A stretch of 64,000 nucleotides of DNA from Nitrospirota bacterium (GTDB lineage Bacteria > Nitrospirota > UBA9217), in contig CAWBNQ010000006.1 in the NCBI GenBank assembly GCA_963790205.1, positions 32,001-96,000 on the forward strand, in the 5' to 3' direction. A program made the translations under genes and the position numbers. Shown here one piece after another: positions 40,780 through 52,110 of this stretch. The notes below the pieces were generated by a model. The model was not told the DNA's origin. It did no database searches and saw only the letters and a program-made list of their open reading frames with translations. How positions within the stretch are numbered: position 1 is the first letter of the stretch; each line of letters opens with the position of its first letter.

Positions 40780-41821
40780 TCAGACCGGCAAGACTTTTTT
40801 CAGCTCTTGCATAAACGTTTCTTTCGAGCCGCTCCGGAACATCCGCACGATCCGCTCCCGCTCCGAAACAAACCGCGCATAGCCGGCCTCCCGGGCCTTT
40901 GCGATCGCGTCCCAGTCCCGGTTCCGCATAAATTCAGCATAGGCGTCCCTGAGCTCCGGAAAGAGCGCCCTCTGGAACCCTTCCAGGAGCGCGACCGAGA
41001 GGCCGAGGGCGCCCCGGTCCTTTGTCTCGACGATCCTCCTGAGCGGCCCGTGGTCCGATGTGTCGGCGATCAGGTCCTTCACCGCGCGGAGGTAATGCTC
41101 GTTCATCCGGTCGCCGGCAGCCGCAAGGATTTCGTTCCAGAGCGGAAGGGCTTCCTTGAACTCAGCGATCTCATGGCAGAGGACGATCCCGGAATAGCGG
41201 TCCGTCAACCCTTCGAGCCGCGCTGCGAGGGTGTCGTCCATGAGCTGCCGGTGCGGGAACCCGTACTGCGTGAAGGCGTCCTCGAGGGCCGTGCGGCCTT
41301 TGGCCTTCGATTCGGAGAGCTTGTACTGGAGGAGGATCGAGAGGGGTTCCCGTCTCAGGAAAACGGTGTTCCCCTGGAGCATGGCCGATGCGGTGAAGAG
41401 GTCCCTTACGTATTCGGTCCCCGAGGTATGGACAACCAGTCCCGATACCCTGTTCGTCGATCTCAGTTCGGCAAGAAAGAAGGTCGGCTTCATGTACATG
41501 CCGTACCCTGCGCCGTAAACGAGCCCCCGCGGTCCGATCAGCCGGTTGATCCCCGCGGCATCGAAGGGGTCGAAGGCCTTCCCGTCGACCATCAGGTCCC
41601 GGAACTCCTTCTGCTTCCAGCTCGGGCCAGCGCGATTCCTTGCCGTCGATCCACGCTGCGATGTCTTCGCGGCGGATATTCGCCCAGGGTTTCAGGTTGT
41701 TCTCGGAGCGGTAGAGGTCGCGGTAGCGCAGGAGCAGGCCGCAGATGGAGAAAAACCCCCAATATTTTGCATCGGAGACGTCGCAGTTGAATTTTATGTC
41801 TTCTTTTAAGGAAGCGTCCAT
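40780..41821 (-). CDS. Sfum_1244-like conserved protein, frameshift near 41605
   Basis: NCDVSDA..GFFSICGLLLR N-terminus; YGAGYG..KPTFFLA and HEIAE in the second frame. Confidence 0.65.
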
Positions 41822-42015
41822 GTATTCCACGTCCCTGTCGATGAATGAAGGAAGAGGGAACCTTTTCGTTTTAGCGTCCCGTCGTCTCTCGTCCGTCGCA
41901 AGGATTTCCCCTATAGTACCACCTTCACGGCATTCTGTACACAGCCGAGCGGAGCTCGCGGCCTTCTCCCGGGGCAACGGGTAAATCACCCCGTGCTTCT
42001 TATCCCAAAAAGTCC

Positions 42016-42044
42016 TTGCAACTGCTTAAAAAATAAACTATAAT
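42016..42044 (+). promoter_or_regulatory. Sigma70-type promoter of the pheA operon
   Basis: TTGCAA-17 nt-TATAAT. Confidence 0.65.
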
Positions 42045-42075
42045 TCGATACTTACGCAAAGGCGGGCACGGCTTT

Positions 42076-43149
42076 ATGTCCATGGAAAAGATACAGGAAC
42101 TCAGAAAAAAGATCGACGGGATCGACGACAAGCTGCTCGACCTGTTGAACGAGCGCGCCCGCATCGTCATCGAGATCGGCAACATCAAAAAGACCGGAAA
42201 GATGGATTTCCATTCGCCTTCCCGTGAACGGGAGATCATCGAACGCCTGACCGCGCGCAACAGCGGCCCGCTCCCGCAGGACACCCTCAAGGCCGTTTTC
42301 CGCGAGATCATGTCCTCGTCGCTTTCCCTGGAACGCCCGCTCAAGATAGCGTACCTGGGGCCGCGCGCCACGTTCACCCACATGGCGGGGATGCAGCAGT
42401 TCGGCCTCGCGGCCCAGTACGTGCCGGTGGAGAACATCAAGGACGTCTTCAGCGAAGTGGAGCGCGGCCGGGCCGATTACGGCGTGGTGCCCATCGAGAA
42501 CACCACGTCGGGGGCCGTGAACTATACCCTCGACATGTTCATCGATTCCGACCTCAAGATCGCGGCGGAGATCATGCTCGAGGTTTCGCAGCACCTCATG
42601 AACAAGTCGGGCAAGATCGGGGACATCAAAAAAATCTATACGATCTCGCCCGCGGCGGCGCAGTGCAGGCAGTGGCTCGAGAAAAACCTCCCCGGCGTGC
42701 CGGTCCTCGACGCGCCGTCCACGGCCCGGGCCGCGGAAATGGCGGTGGATGATCCCACTGCCGGCGCGATCGCCAGCGAGATGGCGGCCGTGCTCTACGG
42801 CCTTCAGATCGCGGGGAAGAAGATCGAGGACAATGCCAGCAACATTACCCGGTTCCTCGTCATAGCGCCGAAATCCCCCGGGAAGACGGGCCGCGACAAG
42901 ACCTCCATCATGTTCTCGATCAAGGACAAGGTGGGCGCCCTCTATTCCATGCTTGCGCCCTTTGCCGAAAGCGGGATCAACCTCAACCGTCTCGACGCGC
43001 GGCCCTCGGGCAGAAAAGTGTGGGACTACGTGTTCTTCCTCGACATGGAAGGGCACATCGAAGACGAAAAGATCGCCCGGGCCATCGAAAGCCTCAGGAA
43101 GGACTCGATGTTCTTGAAGGTGCTGGGGTCGTACCCGAAAAGCCAGTAG
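42076..43149 (+). CDS. pheA: Chorismate mutase/prephenate dehydratase
   Basis: LRKKIDGID CM domain; YLGP..TF, PIEN and TRF motifs; ACT domain ending LGSYP. Confidence 0.95.
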   Translation: MSMEKIQELRKKIDGIDDKLLDLLNERARIVIEIGNIKKTGKMDFHSPSREREIIERLTARNSGPLPQDTLKAVFREIMSSSLSLERPLKIAYLGPRATFTHMAGMQQFGLAAQYVPVENIKDVFSEVERGRADYGVVPIENTTSGAVNYTLDMFIDSDLKIAAEIMLEVSQHLMNKSGKIGDIKKIYTISPAAAQCRQWLEKNLPGVPVLDAPSTARAAEMAVDDPTAGAIASEMAAVLYGLQIAGKKIEDNASNITRFLVIAPKSPGKTGRDKTSIMFSIKDKVGALYSMLAPFAESGINLNRLDARPSGRKVWDYVFFLDMEGHIEDEKIARAIESLRKDSMFLKVLGSYPKSQ

Positions 43150-43226
43150 CTGCGATTGCGGATTTTAGATTTCAGATTTCGGATTTTAAATTCCGCAATC
43201 CTCATTCCGCAATTCGAAATGAAACT

Positions 43227-44304
43227 ATGATCACCGTTCCCGAACATATCAAAAATCTTATTCCCTACGTTCCGGGAAAACCGATCGAGGAGCTTGAGCG
43301 CGAGCTGGGCATCACGGGGAGCATCAAGCTCGCGTCGAACGAGAACCCGCTGGGCCCGTCGCCGAAAGCGGTCGCCGCGCTCAAGAAGGCCGCGGAGGGG
43401 CTGAACCGCTATCCCGACGGCAGCGGCTTTTACCTCTCCCAGGCGCTGGCCAAAAAATACGGGGTGGACCTCAGCCAGGTCGTCCTGGGCAACGGCTCGA
43501 ACGAACTCATCGAGCTTGCGGTGCGCGCCTTTGTCCGGCCGGGCGACGAGGTGGTCTCGGCTGATCCATCCTTTGTCGTGTATGCGATGATCACCCAGGC
43601 CGCGGGCGGGACGAATGTCATCGTCCCGTGCAGGGAACACCGGCACGATCTCGACGCCATGGCGGAGCGGATCACGCCGAAGACGAGGATCGTCTTCATC
43701 GCCAACCCGAACAACCCGACGGGGACCATGAACACGAAGGCGGAGATGGACCGGTTCATGGGACGCGTGCCGGACCACGTGATCGTGGCCGTGGACGAAG
43801 CCTACTTCGAGTACGTTACCCATGCCGATTACCCCGATTCCCTGGACTATCTGAAGGCGGGCAAGAACGTGCTCGCGCTCCGGACCTTCTCGAAGATCTA
43901 CGGGCTCGCGGGGCTTCGGATCGGCTACGGCATCACGACGCCGGAGATCGCGGGGCTCCTGAACAAGGTGCGGCAGCCGTTCAATACGAATTCCCTGGGG
44001 CAGATCGGGGCCGTTGCGGCCCTGGCGGACCGGAAGCACGTCGAGAAGTCGATCGCGAACAACAACGAAGGCAAACAGTTCCTCTATCAGACCTTCGGCC
44101 GGCTCGGCGTTTCCTTCATTCCGACGGAGACGAACTTCATTCTCTTCGAAACGTCACGGGACGGAAGGGAACTGTACGCCGCGCTCCTGAAGCAAGGCGT
44201 GATCATCCGGCCCCATGGGCGGGAACAGGCTCAGGGTCACGATCGGGCTGCCCGAGGAAAACAAGCGGTTCGCGGACGAGTTGGAGAAGATCTTATCGTC
44301 CTGA
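43227..44304 (+). CDS. hisC: Histidinol-phosphate aminotransferase, frameshift near 44212
   Basis: KLASNENP, NPNNPTG, DEAY and RTFSKIYGLAGLRIG motifs; RVTIG tail in a shifted frame. Confidence 0.93.
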
Positions 44305-44466
44305 TCTTTGTCGCCGCGGAGAACGCGGAGAGCAAATTCGAAACTCGAAGCGCGAAATTCTAAATAATTTCAAAATTTCAAATTCCAATATCGAGAGTTT
44401 TTAATTTTGGTAATTTGCTATTGTTGAGAGTTTAGGATTTAGAATTTCGGATTTGTAAGAGACATT

Positions 44467-45328
44467 ATGATTCTCTTTAACAACGTCACCATCATCGGCG
44501 TGGGGCTGATCGGCGGTTCCCTGGCCAGGGTCTTGAAGGCCAAAAACCTCGCCGCACGCATAACCGGCGCGGGCAGGAGCAGGACCACGCTCGAGCAGGC
44601 GCTCAAGCTCGGCGTGATCGACCGCCTGGGCAACGGTCCGGCGCAGTCCGTCGAGGACGCGGACCTCGTGGTCCTCGCATCGCCGGTCGGGACCTTCGAG
44701 AAGATCGTGAGTGAGATCGGGCCGCGCCTCAAGCCGGGCGCGATCCTCACCGATGTGGGGAGCGTGAAGGGCGCGCTCATCAAGAAAATCGAAAACGCCA
44801 TTCCCTCGGGTTCGCACTATGTCCCGGCGCACCCCATCGCGGGCAGGGAAAAATCCGGCGTGGCCGAGTCCACGGAAACGCTTTTCCAGGGGCGCCGGTG
44901 CATCCTCACGCCCGACGGCGAGGACGGACCAGAAGGCCCTTGCGGCCGTGCGCGACATGTGGACCGCGGCCGGCGCCGAGGTGACCGTCATGGACGCCGA
45001 CCTGCATGACAAGGTTTTTGCCGCCGTGAGCCACCTCCCGCATGTTGCGGCCTTCGCGATGATGTGCGCCGTAGCGGAATTGAACACGGGCACGGAGGAC
45101 TATATCCAGTTCTCCGGCGCGGGCTTCCGGGATTTTACGCGCATTGCCGCGAGTTCCCCGGAGATGTGGAAGGACATCTGTCTCATGAACCGTGACAACC
45201 TCGTCCAGATGATCGACCGCTACCTGTTTTCGCTGAACCAGTTCAAGCGGGAGATCAGTTCGCGGGACGAGAAGCGGCTGGAAAAACACCTCAAGGAGTC
45301 GAGCGACGCGAGAAAGAGGTTGGGGTAA
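44467..45328 (+). CDS. tyrA: Prephenate dehydrogenase, frameshift near 44911
   Basis: GVGLIGGS, DVGSVK, HPIAG and HD..A.VSHLPH motifs. Confidence 0.92.
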
Positions 45329-46632
45329 ATGGCCGACCTCACGGTAAAGCCCTCGCGCGGACTCCAGGGCGATACTGACGCTGCCGGGCGACAAATCCAT
45401 GTCCCACCGGTCGGTGATCTTTGCCGCCATCGCCGAAGGGGACACGCTCATCAACGGCTTCCTCGCCGGTGAGGATACGCTGAACACGGCCAGGGCGCTC
45501 GAGTCCCTGGGGATCGTCATAGACGGCCTCGGCAGCAGCCGTCTCATTGTTCGCGGAAAAGGCCTCGACGGCCTGACGGAGCCCGCGGGCGTGCTCGACC
45601 TCGGCAATTCAGGCACGGGCATGCGGCTCCTTGCCGGGCTGCTCGCGGGCCAGGATTTTTTTTCCATACTGACCGGCGACCAGTACCTGAGGAAGCGGCC
45701 CATGGCAAGGATCGTCGAGCCGCTCCGCCGAATGGGCGCAGCGATCGACGGCCGTTCGGGAGGCAGGCTCGCGCCGCTCTCGATCAGGGGCGGCGGTCCG
45801 AAGACCAGGGCGATCGATTATACCAGTCCCGTTGCCAGCGCCCAGGTAAAGTCGGCGCTGCTTCTTGCGGGGCTCTATGCTCGACGGCGAAACAACGGTG
45901 AGCGAGCCGTCGAAGTCCCGGGACCACACGGAGCGCATGTTCAGGTTTTTCAACGTCGAGGTCAGGGAACGGGGCACGGCGGTCACGCTCCGGGGGCGTC
46001 AGGCGCTGCGGCCGAAAGGCCCGCTCGAGATCCCGGCGGACATTTCCTCGGCCGCGTTCTTCATGGTCGCCGCTTGCATCGTTCCCGGCTCGGACCTCCT
46101 GATCAAAAACGTGGGGGTGAACCCCACGCGCACCGGCATCATCGACGTGCTCCTGTCGATGGGCGCCGATATTGCGCTCTGGAATCCGCGCGAGCAGGCC
46201 GGAGAGCCGGTGGCGGACATCAGGGTACGGCACCGGAAACTGCGGGCAGCGCGGATAGAGGGGGCGATGGTCCCGAGGGCCATCGACGAGATCCCGGTGT
46301 TGTCCGTCGCTGCTGCGTACGCCGGGGGCACGACGATCATCAAGGACGCCGCCGAGCTCCGGGTGAAAGAATCGGACCGTATCGCAACGATGGCCGCAGA
46401 GCTCAAAAAAATGGGAGCCACGGTCAAAGAGCTTCCCGACGGCATGGAGATCACCGGGAGGGACTCGCTCGACGGGGCCGTGTGCGAGAGCCACGGCGAC
46501 CACCGCATTGCCATGTCCCTGGCCGTGGCGGGGCTCGCGGCCCGGGGAGAGACGGTAGTGCGCGATACGGAGTGGATAGACACCTCGTTCCCGGGATTCG
46601 AGCGGCTGCTGCGGCAAGCGGCGTATCGATGA
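45329..46632 (+). CDS. aroA: EPSP synthase, frameshifts near 45372 and 45881
   Basis: PGDKSMSHR, GNSGT, ASAQVKS, RDHTE, KESDR and DHRIAM motifs. Confidence 0.95.
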
Positions 46633-46784
46633 CAACAAAAATTTAAGCACGAAGCCTTAAACTCTAAACAATATTCAATTTAAAATGTTTTAAATTTTGC
46701 GTTTTGGTTATTCGATATTGTTTGGTATTTTGAGTTTCGGATTTAGAGTTTCCTGTGCCTTCTGCGGCACTTGTCTGAACGGGT

Positions 46785-47459
46785 ATGAAAAAAAGCGGTC
46801 TCGTAATAGCAATCGACGGCCCCTCGGGCGCGGGAAAGAGCACTGCTGCACGGCGCCTTGCCGAACGCCTGGGGTATATCTATGTCGACACCGGCGCCAT
46901 GTACCGCGCCATCGGCTGGAAGGCAAAACGAGAGGGGATCGACCCGGACGATGAAGCACGGCTTTCGGACCTGTGCGGCCGCACCGAGGTCACGATCAAA
47001 AAGGACAACAGCGACCCCCGGTTCTCCGTTAACGGCATCGATGTGACGGGTGAGCTTCGCACCCCCGAGATGGGGATGATGGCGTCCGCGGTGTCGAAAT
47101 CGCCGGCGGTCCGCGCCCGGCTCCTTACGCTCCAGCGGGAACTCGGCAGGCACGGGGGCGTGGTGATGGACGGCAGGGACATCGGCACCGTCGTTTTCCC
47201 CGACGCGGACGTTAAGTTCTACCTCGAGGCAAACGCGGGAGAGCGGGGAAGGCGCCGCTATCTCGAGCTCAAGACAAAGGGCATGGACGTCGATCGCGCC
47301 CAAATCACGAAGGAGATCGAGGAGCGGGACCGGCAGGACAGCGGCCGCGCGCTCGCACCGCTCAAAAAGGCGGACGACGCGCACTTGATCGATTCGAGCG
47401 CGATGAGCATCGACGACGTGCTGAACAGGATGCTGTCAGAGATAAGGAAAGTGAAGTAG
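46785..47459 (+). CDS. cmk: Cytidylate kinase
   Basis: AIDGPSGAGKST, DTGAMYR and DGRDIGT motifs. Confidence 0.95.
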   Translation: MKKSGLVIAIDGPSGAGKSTAARRLAERLGYIYVDTGAMYRAIGWKAKREGIDPDDEARLSDLCGRTEVTIKKDNSDPRFSVNGIDVTGELRTPEMGMMASAVSKSPAVRARLLTLQRELGRHGGVVMDGRDIGTVVFPDADVKFYLEANAGERGRRRYLELKTKGMDVDRAQITKEIEERDRQDSGRALAPLKKADDAHLIDSSAMSIDDVLNRMLSEIRKVK

Positions 47460-47607
47460 ACAAAGTCAAAAAATCCGGATATACCGCTGGGCGCGCTGAG
47501 GGCGCAGAGGTAAGGCAATAAATTTTAAGTTCTCTCCGCGAGCTCTGCGAACTCCGGGGTGGACATTCTTTACGAAGCCATCAAGGTAAAAGATAAAAGT
47601 ATAAGAT

Positions 47608-48456
47608 ATGGAAATATTATTAGCAGATAAAGCGGGTTTCTGCTTCGGCGTGAAGCGGGCGATCAATACGGCATTCGAGGCCGCTGTCGGGGGAAGGATC
47701 TTTTGTCTCGGTCCGCTCATCCACAACCCCCAGGAGGTGGAGCGTCTTCGCCGCGCCGGCGTGGAGACCGTTGACGATTTCTCGTCGCTCAAGGCGGGAG
47801 ATTCTCTCATTATCCGTTCTCACGGCGTGCCTCCCCAGGTGCTCGCGCAGGCCCGTGACAGAGGCCTTACCATCATCGATCTTACCTGCCCCTTCGTGGG
47901 CAAGGCGCAGCGTGATGCCGAGGCCATGAAGAAAGAGGGCTACCAGGTCGTGGTTGTGGGAGAAAAAAAACATCCCGAGGTGCAGAGCATCCTCGGCTAT
48001 GCCGGCGACAACGCTGTCGTGGTGGAGAAGGCGGAAGACATTGAGGGCCTCGAGTTTCAAGGCCGGGTGGGGATCGTCACCCAAACGACCCAAACATATG
48101 GTAATTTTTCGGAAATTGTGCTAACATTATTACGTCTTTGCAAGGAATTAAAGATTTTCAATACCATTTGCAGCTCGACAAAAGAGCGCCAGAATGCGGC
48201 GCGGGTCCTGGCCGGTCAGGTCGATGTCATGCTGGTGGTGGGGGGCCGCAACAGCGCCAACACCAGCCGGCTGGCCGATCTGTGCAGGCAGGAAGGAAAG
48301 CCTACGTATCATATCGAGGTTGCTGATGAGATTCGGCGTGAATGGCTGAAAGGCGCAACCAGAGTGGGTGTCACGGCAGGGGCTTCGACGCCCGACTGGG
48401 TCGTGGAAGGGGTCATCAAAAAACTGACAACAGAAGGCGGAAAGGTCGGACGTTAG
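47608..48456 (+). CDS. ispH: 4-hydroxy-3-methylbut-2-enyl diphosphate reductase
   Basis: GFCFGVKRA, TCPFV, TIC..T..RQ and TAGASTP motifs. Confidence 0.95.
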   Translation: MEILLADKAGFCFGVKRAINTAFEAAVGGRIFCLGPLIHNPQEVERLRRAGVETVDDFSSLKAGDSLIIRSHGVPPQVLAQARDRGLTIIDLTCPFVGKAQRDAEAMKKEGYQVVVVGEKKHPEVQSILGYAGDNAVVVEKAEDIEGLEFQGRVGIVTQTTQTYGNFSEIVLTLLRLCKELKIFNTICSSTKERQNAARVLAGQVDVMLVVGGRNSANTSRLADLCRQEGKPTYHIEVADEIRREWLKGATRVGVTAGASTPDWVVEGVIKKLTTEGGKVGR

Positions 48457-48508
48457 CCGCACAGCGGCTGCCGGCCGACACTATATATTCGGGAGGTAGG
48501 CGATTTTA

Positions 48509-50216
48509 ATGAAGGATACGCGGGAAGACAACGATCGTGAAGAAAACGGCGCACCGGGCGGAGAAGAGCAAAACGAGTTTGAAAAGCTCTACGATCAGTC
48601 GCTCAAGAGCTTTAAATCGGGAACGGTGGTGCGGGGGCGGGTGCTGCAGGTCCGTACCGGGGTTTCCGGAGTGGTGATGCTGGACCTGGGATACAAGTCG
48701 GACGGCATTATCCCCGCGGAGCAGTTCACGGAAGAGGAACTCAAGGCCCTCAAGCCCGGCGATGAACTCGATGTTTTGCTCGAGGCGGCGGAAGACGCGA
48801 ACGGCAATCTGCTGCTCTCGCGTGAAAAGGCCAAAAAACTGCAAGTTTGGGACGTGTTGAACCGCGCCTATCAGACGGGCGCGCCGCTGCAAGGCAGGGT
48901 GATTTCGGTCATCAAGGGCGGCCTGACCGTGGACATCGGCGGCGTAACTGGCCTTCCTCCCGGGCTCCCAGATCGACATAAAACCCGTACATAACCTCAA
49001 CCAGATGGTGGGGCAGGTGCTGGAGCTGAAGATCATCAAAATGAACTCCGGTCGCGGCAACATCGTTCTCTCCCGCAGGGTCCTGCTCGAGCACAAGCAG
49101 GGCGCGAAAAAAGAGGAAACTCTCGCTTCGCTGGCTGAAGGCCAGATCGTGAGCGGCGTCATCAAGAACATTACGGAATACGGAGCGTTTGTGGACCTCG
49201 GCGGCATCGATGGTCTGCTCCATATCACCGACATGTCCTGGGGCAGGATCAATCATCCTTCCGACCTGTTGGCGATAGGGGACAAGGTCGAGGTAAAGGT
49301 CCTCAAATACGACCGGGAAAAGCAGAAAGTCTCCCTCGGCATCAAACAGAAAACACAGGACCCGTGGCTTACGATCGGCGAGAAATATCCGGTCGGAACG
49401 AAGGTCCGCGGCAAAGTCGTCAGCCTGACCGATTACGGCGCCTTCGTGGAATTGGAGCACGGCATCGAGGGCTTGGTGCATGTCTCCGAGATGTCCTGGA
49501 CCCAGAAGGTCAAACATCCGTCGAAGATCGTAACTGCCGGCGACATGATCGATGCGCAGGTGCTTTCCATCGACCCGACGGGCAAGCGCATCTCGCTCGG
49601 CATCAAGCAGAGGGAGGCCAATCCCTGGCAGACCCTGGGCGAGCGTTTTCCCGTCGGCTCCACGATCGAGGGCAAGATCAGGACCATAACGGATTTCGGC
49701 GCCTTCGTGGGGCTGGAGGAAGGCATTGACGGACTCGTCCATATCTCCGACCTGTCCTGGACCAAACATGTAAAGCACCCGTCGGAATTGCTCAAGAAAG
49801 GGCAGACCGTGAAAGCCATGGTGCTCTCCATCGATGCGCAGAAGGAGCGTATCTCGCTCGGGATCAAGCAGCTCACGCCGGACCCCTGGGACAAGCTTAT
49901 TTCCGAACGGTATAAGGTCGGACAGGATGAGAAGGTAAAGGTGACGAAGGTCGCTGACTTCGGCCTGTTCGTGGAGCTTGAGCACGGGATCGAGGGCCTG
50001 ATACCCGCATCGGAGCTCGTGAAGGACGCCGAGCCCGCGAAGGAAGGCGACGAGGTCACGGCCCGCGTCATCAAGGTCGACCGGGGAGACCGCAGGGTCG
50101 CGCTTTCGATCAAGGCCCATGCCAAGGGCAAAGACCGGTCGACCCTCCAGGAGTACATGAATCAGCAACCCAAGCCCGACACCACGCTCGGCGCGCTGCT
50201 GAAAGAGCGGAGCTGA
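48509..50216 (+). CDS. rpsA: 30S ribosomal protein S1, frameshift near 48950
   Basis: Repeated S1 domains (YGAFVDLGGIDGLLHITDMSW). Confidence 0.95.
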
Positions 50217-50222
50217 TCCTTC

Positions 50223-51125
50223 ATGAAAAAGAACCCCGTGCTTATCATCCTCGTAACGGCGGCGGCGCTCGGCGCGCTCTTCTTTATTGTTCTATTCATC
50301 GGCGCGCGCCTGACCGGCGTAACCGCTTCAGCCGTGCTGCCGGTCGTCGGTTCAGGCCGGGTGGCGCTGGTAAGGATCGAAGGAGTGCTCGTCACGTCCG
50401 ATAACGTTGTCGATGAACTGCGCGATTACGCCGAGGATTCTTCCATTAAGGCCATTGTTATTCGCATCGACAGCCCCGGCGGCGGCGTGGTCCCTTCCCA
50501 GGAGATCTACAACGCGGTGAAGTACGCGAAAAAAGAGGGTAAGAAGGTCGTCGTATCGATGGGCTCCGTCGCCGCGTCGGGAGGTTATTACGTGGCGTCC
50601 GCGGCCGACAAGATCGTCGCCAACCCCGGCACGCTCACCGGCAGTATCGGCGTGAAGATGGAATTCGCGAACTTTGAAAAGCTGCTCGAAAAGATCGGCG
50701 TTCAGGGCATGGTCGTGAAGTCGGGAGAGTACAAGGACATCGGTTCTCCCTTCCGCGCCATGACGGGGCCGGAGCAAAAACTGCTCCAGGGCGTTATCGA
50801 CGACGTTCAGAGCCAGTTCGTCTCGGCGGTTGCCGAGGGAAGGAAGCTGCAGGAAGCGGACGTGAGGGCCATTGCGGACGGACGCATTTTCACCGGCCAG
50901 CAGGCGCTCGCCCTTAAACTCGTGGACCAGATGGGCGACCTCGCCGACAGCATTCAGCTTGCCGGGAGCCTCGCGGGGATCAAGGGCAAACCGGCGGTAA
51001 TAGAAAAAAGGAAAAAGATCCCCTTTTTTGAATATCTCAAGGAAGAGTCCGCAACGTGGATAGCGGACGTTATCACGAGCGGCGTTAACAGGAGTTCCGC
51101 AAAGCTCCAATATTTGTATCGCTGA
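50223..51125 (+). CDS. sppA: Signal peptide peptidase SppA (36K type)
   Basis: DSPGG, AASGGYY and TGSIGV motifs. Confidence 0.93.
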   Translation: MKKNPVLIILVTAAALGALFFIVLFIGARLTGVTASAVLPVVGSGRVALVRIEGVLVTSDNVVDELRDYAEDSSIKAIVIRIDSPGGGVVPSQEIYNAVKYAKKEGKKVVVSMGSVAASGGYYVASAADKIVANPGTLTGSIGVKMEFANFEKLLEKIGVQGMVVKSGEYKDIGSPFRAMTGPEQKLLQGVIDDVQSQFVSAVAEGRKLQEADVRAIADGRIFTGQQALALKLVDQMGDLADSIQLAGSLAGIKGKPAVIEKRKKIPFFEYLKEESATWIADVITSGVNRSSAKLQYLYR

Positions 51126-51149
51126 CGGTATTATGAGGAGGGGGATTGC

Positions 51150-51434
51150 ATGACCAAGGCAGAGCTTGTCGATAAGATTTCCGAGAAAAAACTTAATCTA
51201 ACGAGAAAACAGGTGGAAGTGGTCGTCAACACCGTGCTCGACGGCATCAAAGACGCTCTTTCGCGGGACGATAAGGTGGAGATCCGGGGTTTCGGGAGCT
51301 TCCGCGTCCGGCACCGCCGCGCCAAAGAGGGAAGAAATCCCAAGACCGGCGAGGCCGTTTCGGTTCCCCCGAAGAAGGTCCCCTTTTTCAAGGCGGGCAA
51401 GGAAATGCGCGAAATGGTGGACGGGAAGATCTAG
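51150..51434 (+). CDS. ihfB: Integration host factor beta / HU-family protein
   Basis: VEIRGFGSF, GRNPKTG and FFKAGKE motifs; rpsA-sppA-ihfB synteny. Confidence 0.85.
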   Translation: MTKAELVDKISEKKLNLTRKQVEVVVNTVLDGIKDALSRDDKVEIRGFGSFRVRHRRAKEGRNPKTGEAVSVPPKKVPFFKAGKEMREMVDGKI

Positions 51435-51444
51435 GAGGCCCCTC

Positions 51445-52110
51445 TCATCCGTCCATTTCTAGTTTGATAATTCCCTTCTGAATGGCAAACTTGATCAATC
51501 CCGCCCGCGTATGGACGCTGAGCTTGTCCCCGATATTTGTTTGATGGGCAATGACCGTCTTGACGCTGATCGTGAGCATGTCGGCCACTTCCTTGTGCGT
51601 GTGGCCTTCGGCAACGAGTTTCAGCACCTGTTTTTCCCGATCGCTCAACTTATCATAGGGGTTTTCCGTACAGACTTCCCGGCCCCCCTGGAGGTAGCCG
51701 GCCACCACTTCCGAGGCGATCGAGGAGTAGAGATAGAGCTCCCCTCTCACGATTGCCTTGAGCGCCGCGATCAGGTCGCTCCCAACGGCCTTCTTCAGCA
51801 AATACCCCGAGACCCCCGCCTTGAGAAAGCGCGAAATATACTCCCGGTCTTCATATTGAGTAAGGACCAGCACCTTGATTTCGGGGTGCAGCCTCTTTAC
51901 TTCGATTGTGGCCTCGAGGCCGCCGAGCTTCGGCATATTGATATCCATGATGATGATATCGGGCCGGAACTTGGCGGTTTTCTCGAGGGCCTCAATCCCG
52001 TCCGAGGCCTCGGCGACGACCTCGACTTCATCGTACAATTTCAAAAATGCCGCGATCCCTTCCCGGACCAGCGCATGATCATCGGCTATGAGGACCTTTT
52101 TCTTAAGCAT
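51445..52110 (-). CDS. NarL/LuxR-family response regulator
   Basis: REC domain (ADDH, MDINMP) plus LuxR HTH. Confidence 0.92.
   Translation of the reverse strand: MLKKKVLIADDHALVREGIAAFLKLYDEVEVVAEASDGIEALEKTAKFRPDIIIMDINMPKLGGLEATIEVKRLHPEIKVLVLTQYEDREYISRFLKAGVSGYLLKKAVGSDLIAALKAIVRGELYLYSSIASEVVAGYLQGGREVCTENPYDKLSDREKQVLKLVAEGHTHKEVADMLTISVKTVIAHQTNIGDKLSVHTRAGLIKFAIQKGIIKLEMDG

Noticed and set aside
43227..50216. Pseudogenisation or programmed frameshifting of core genes
   Set aside because: No slippery motifs or further decay; better explained by indel errors
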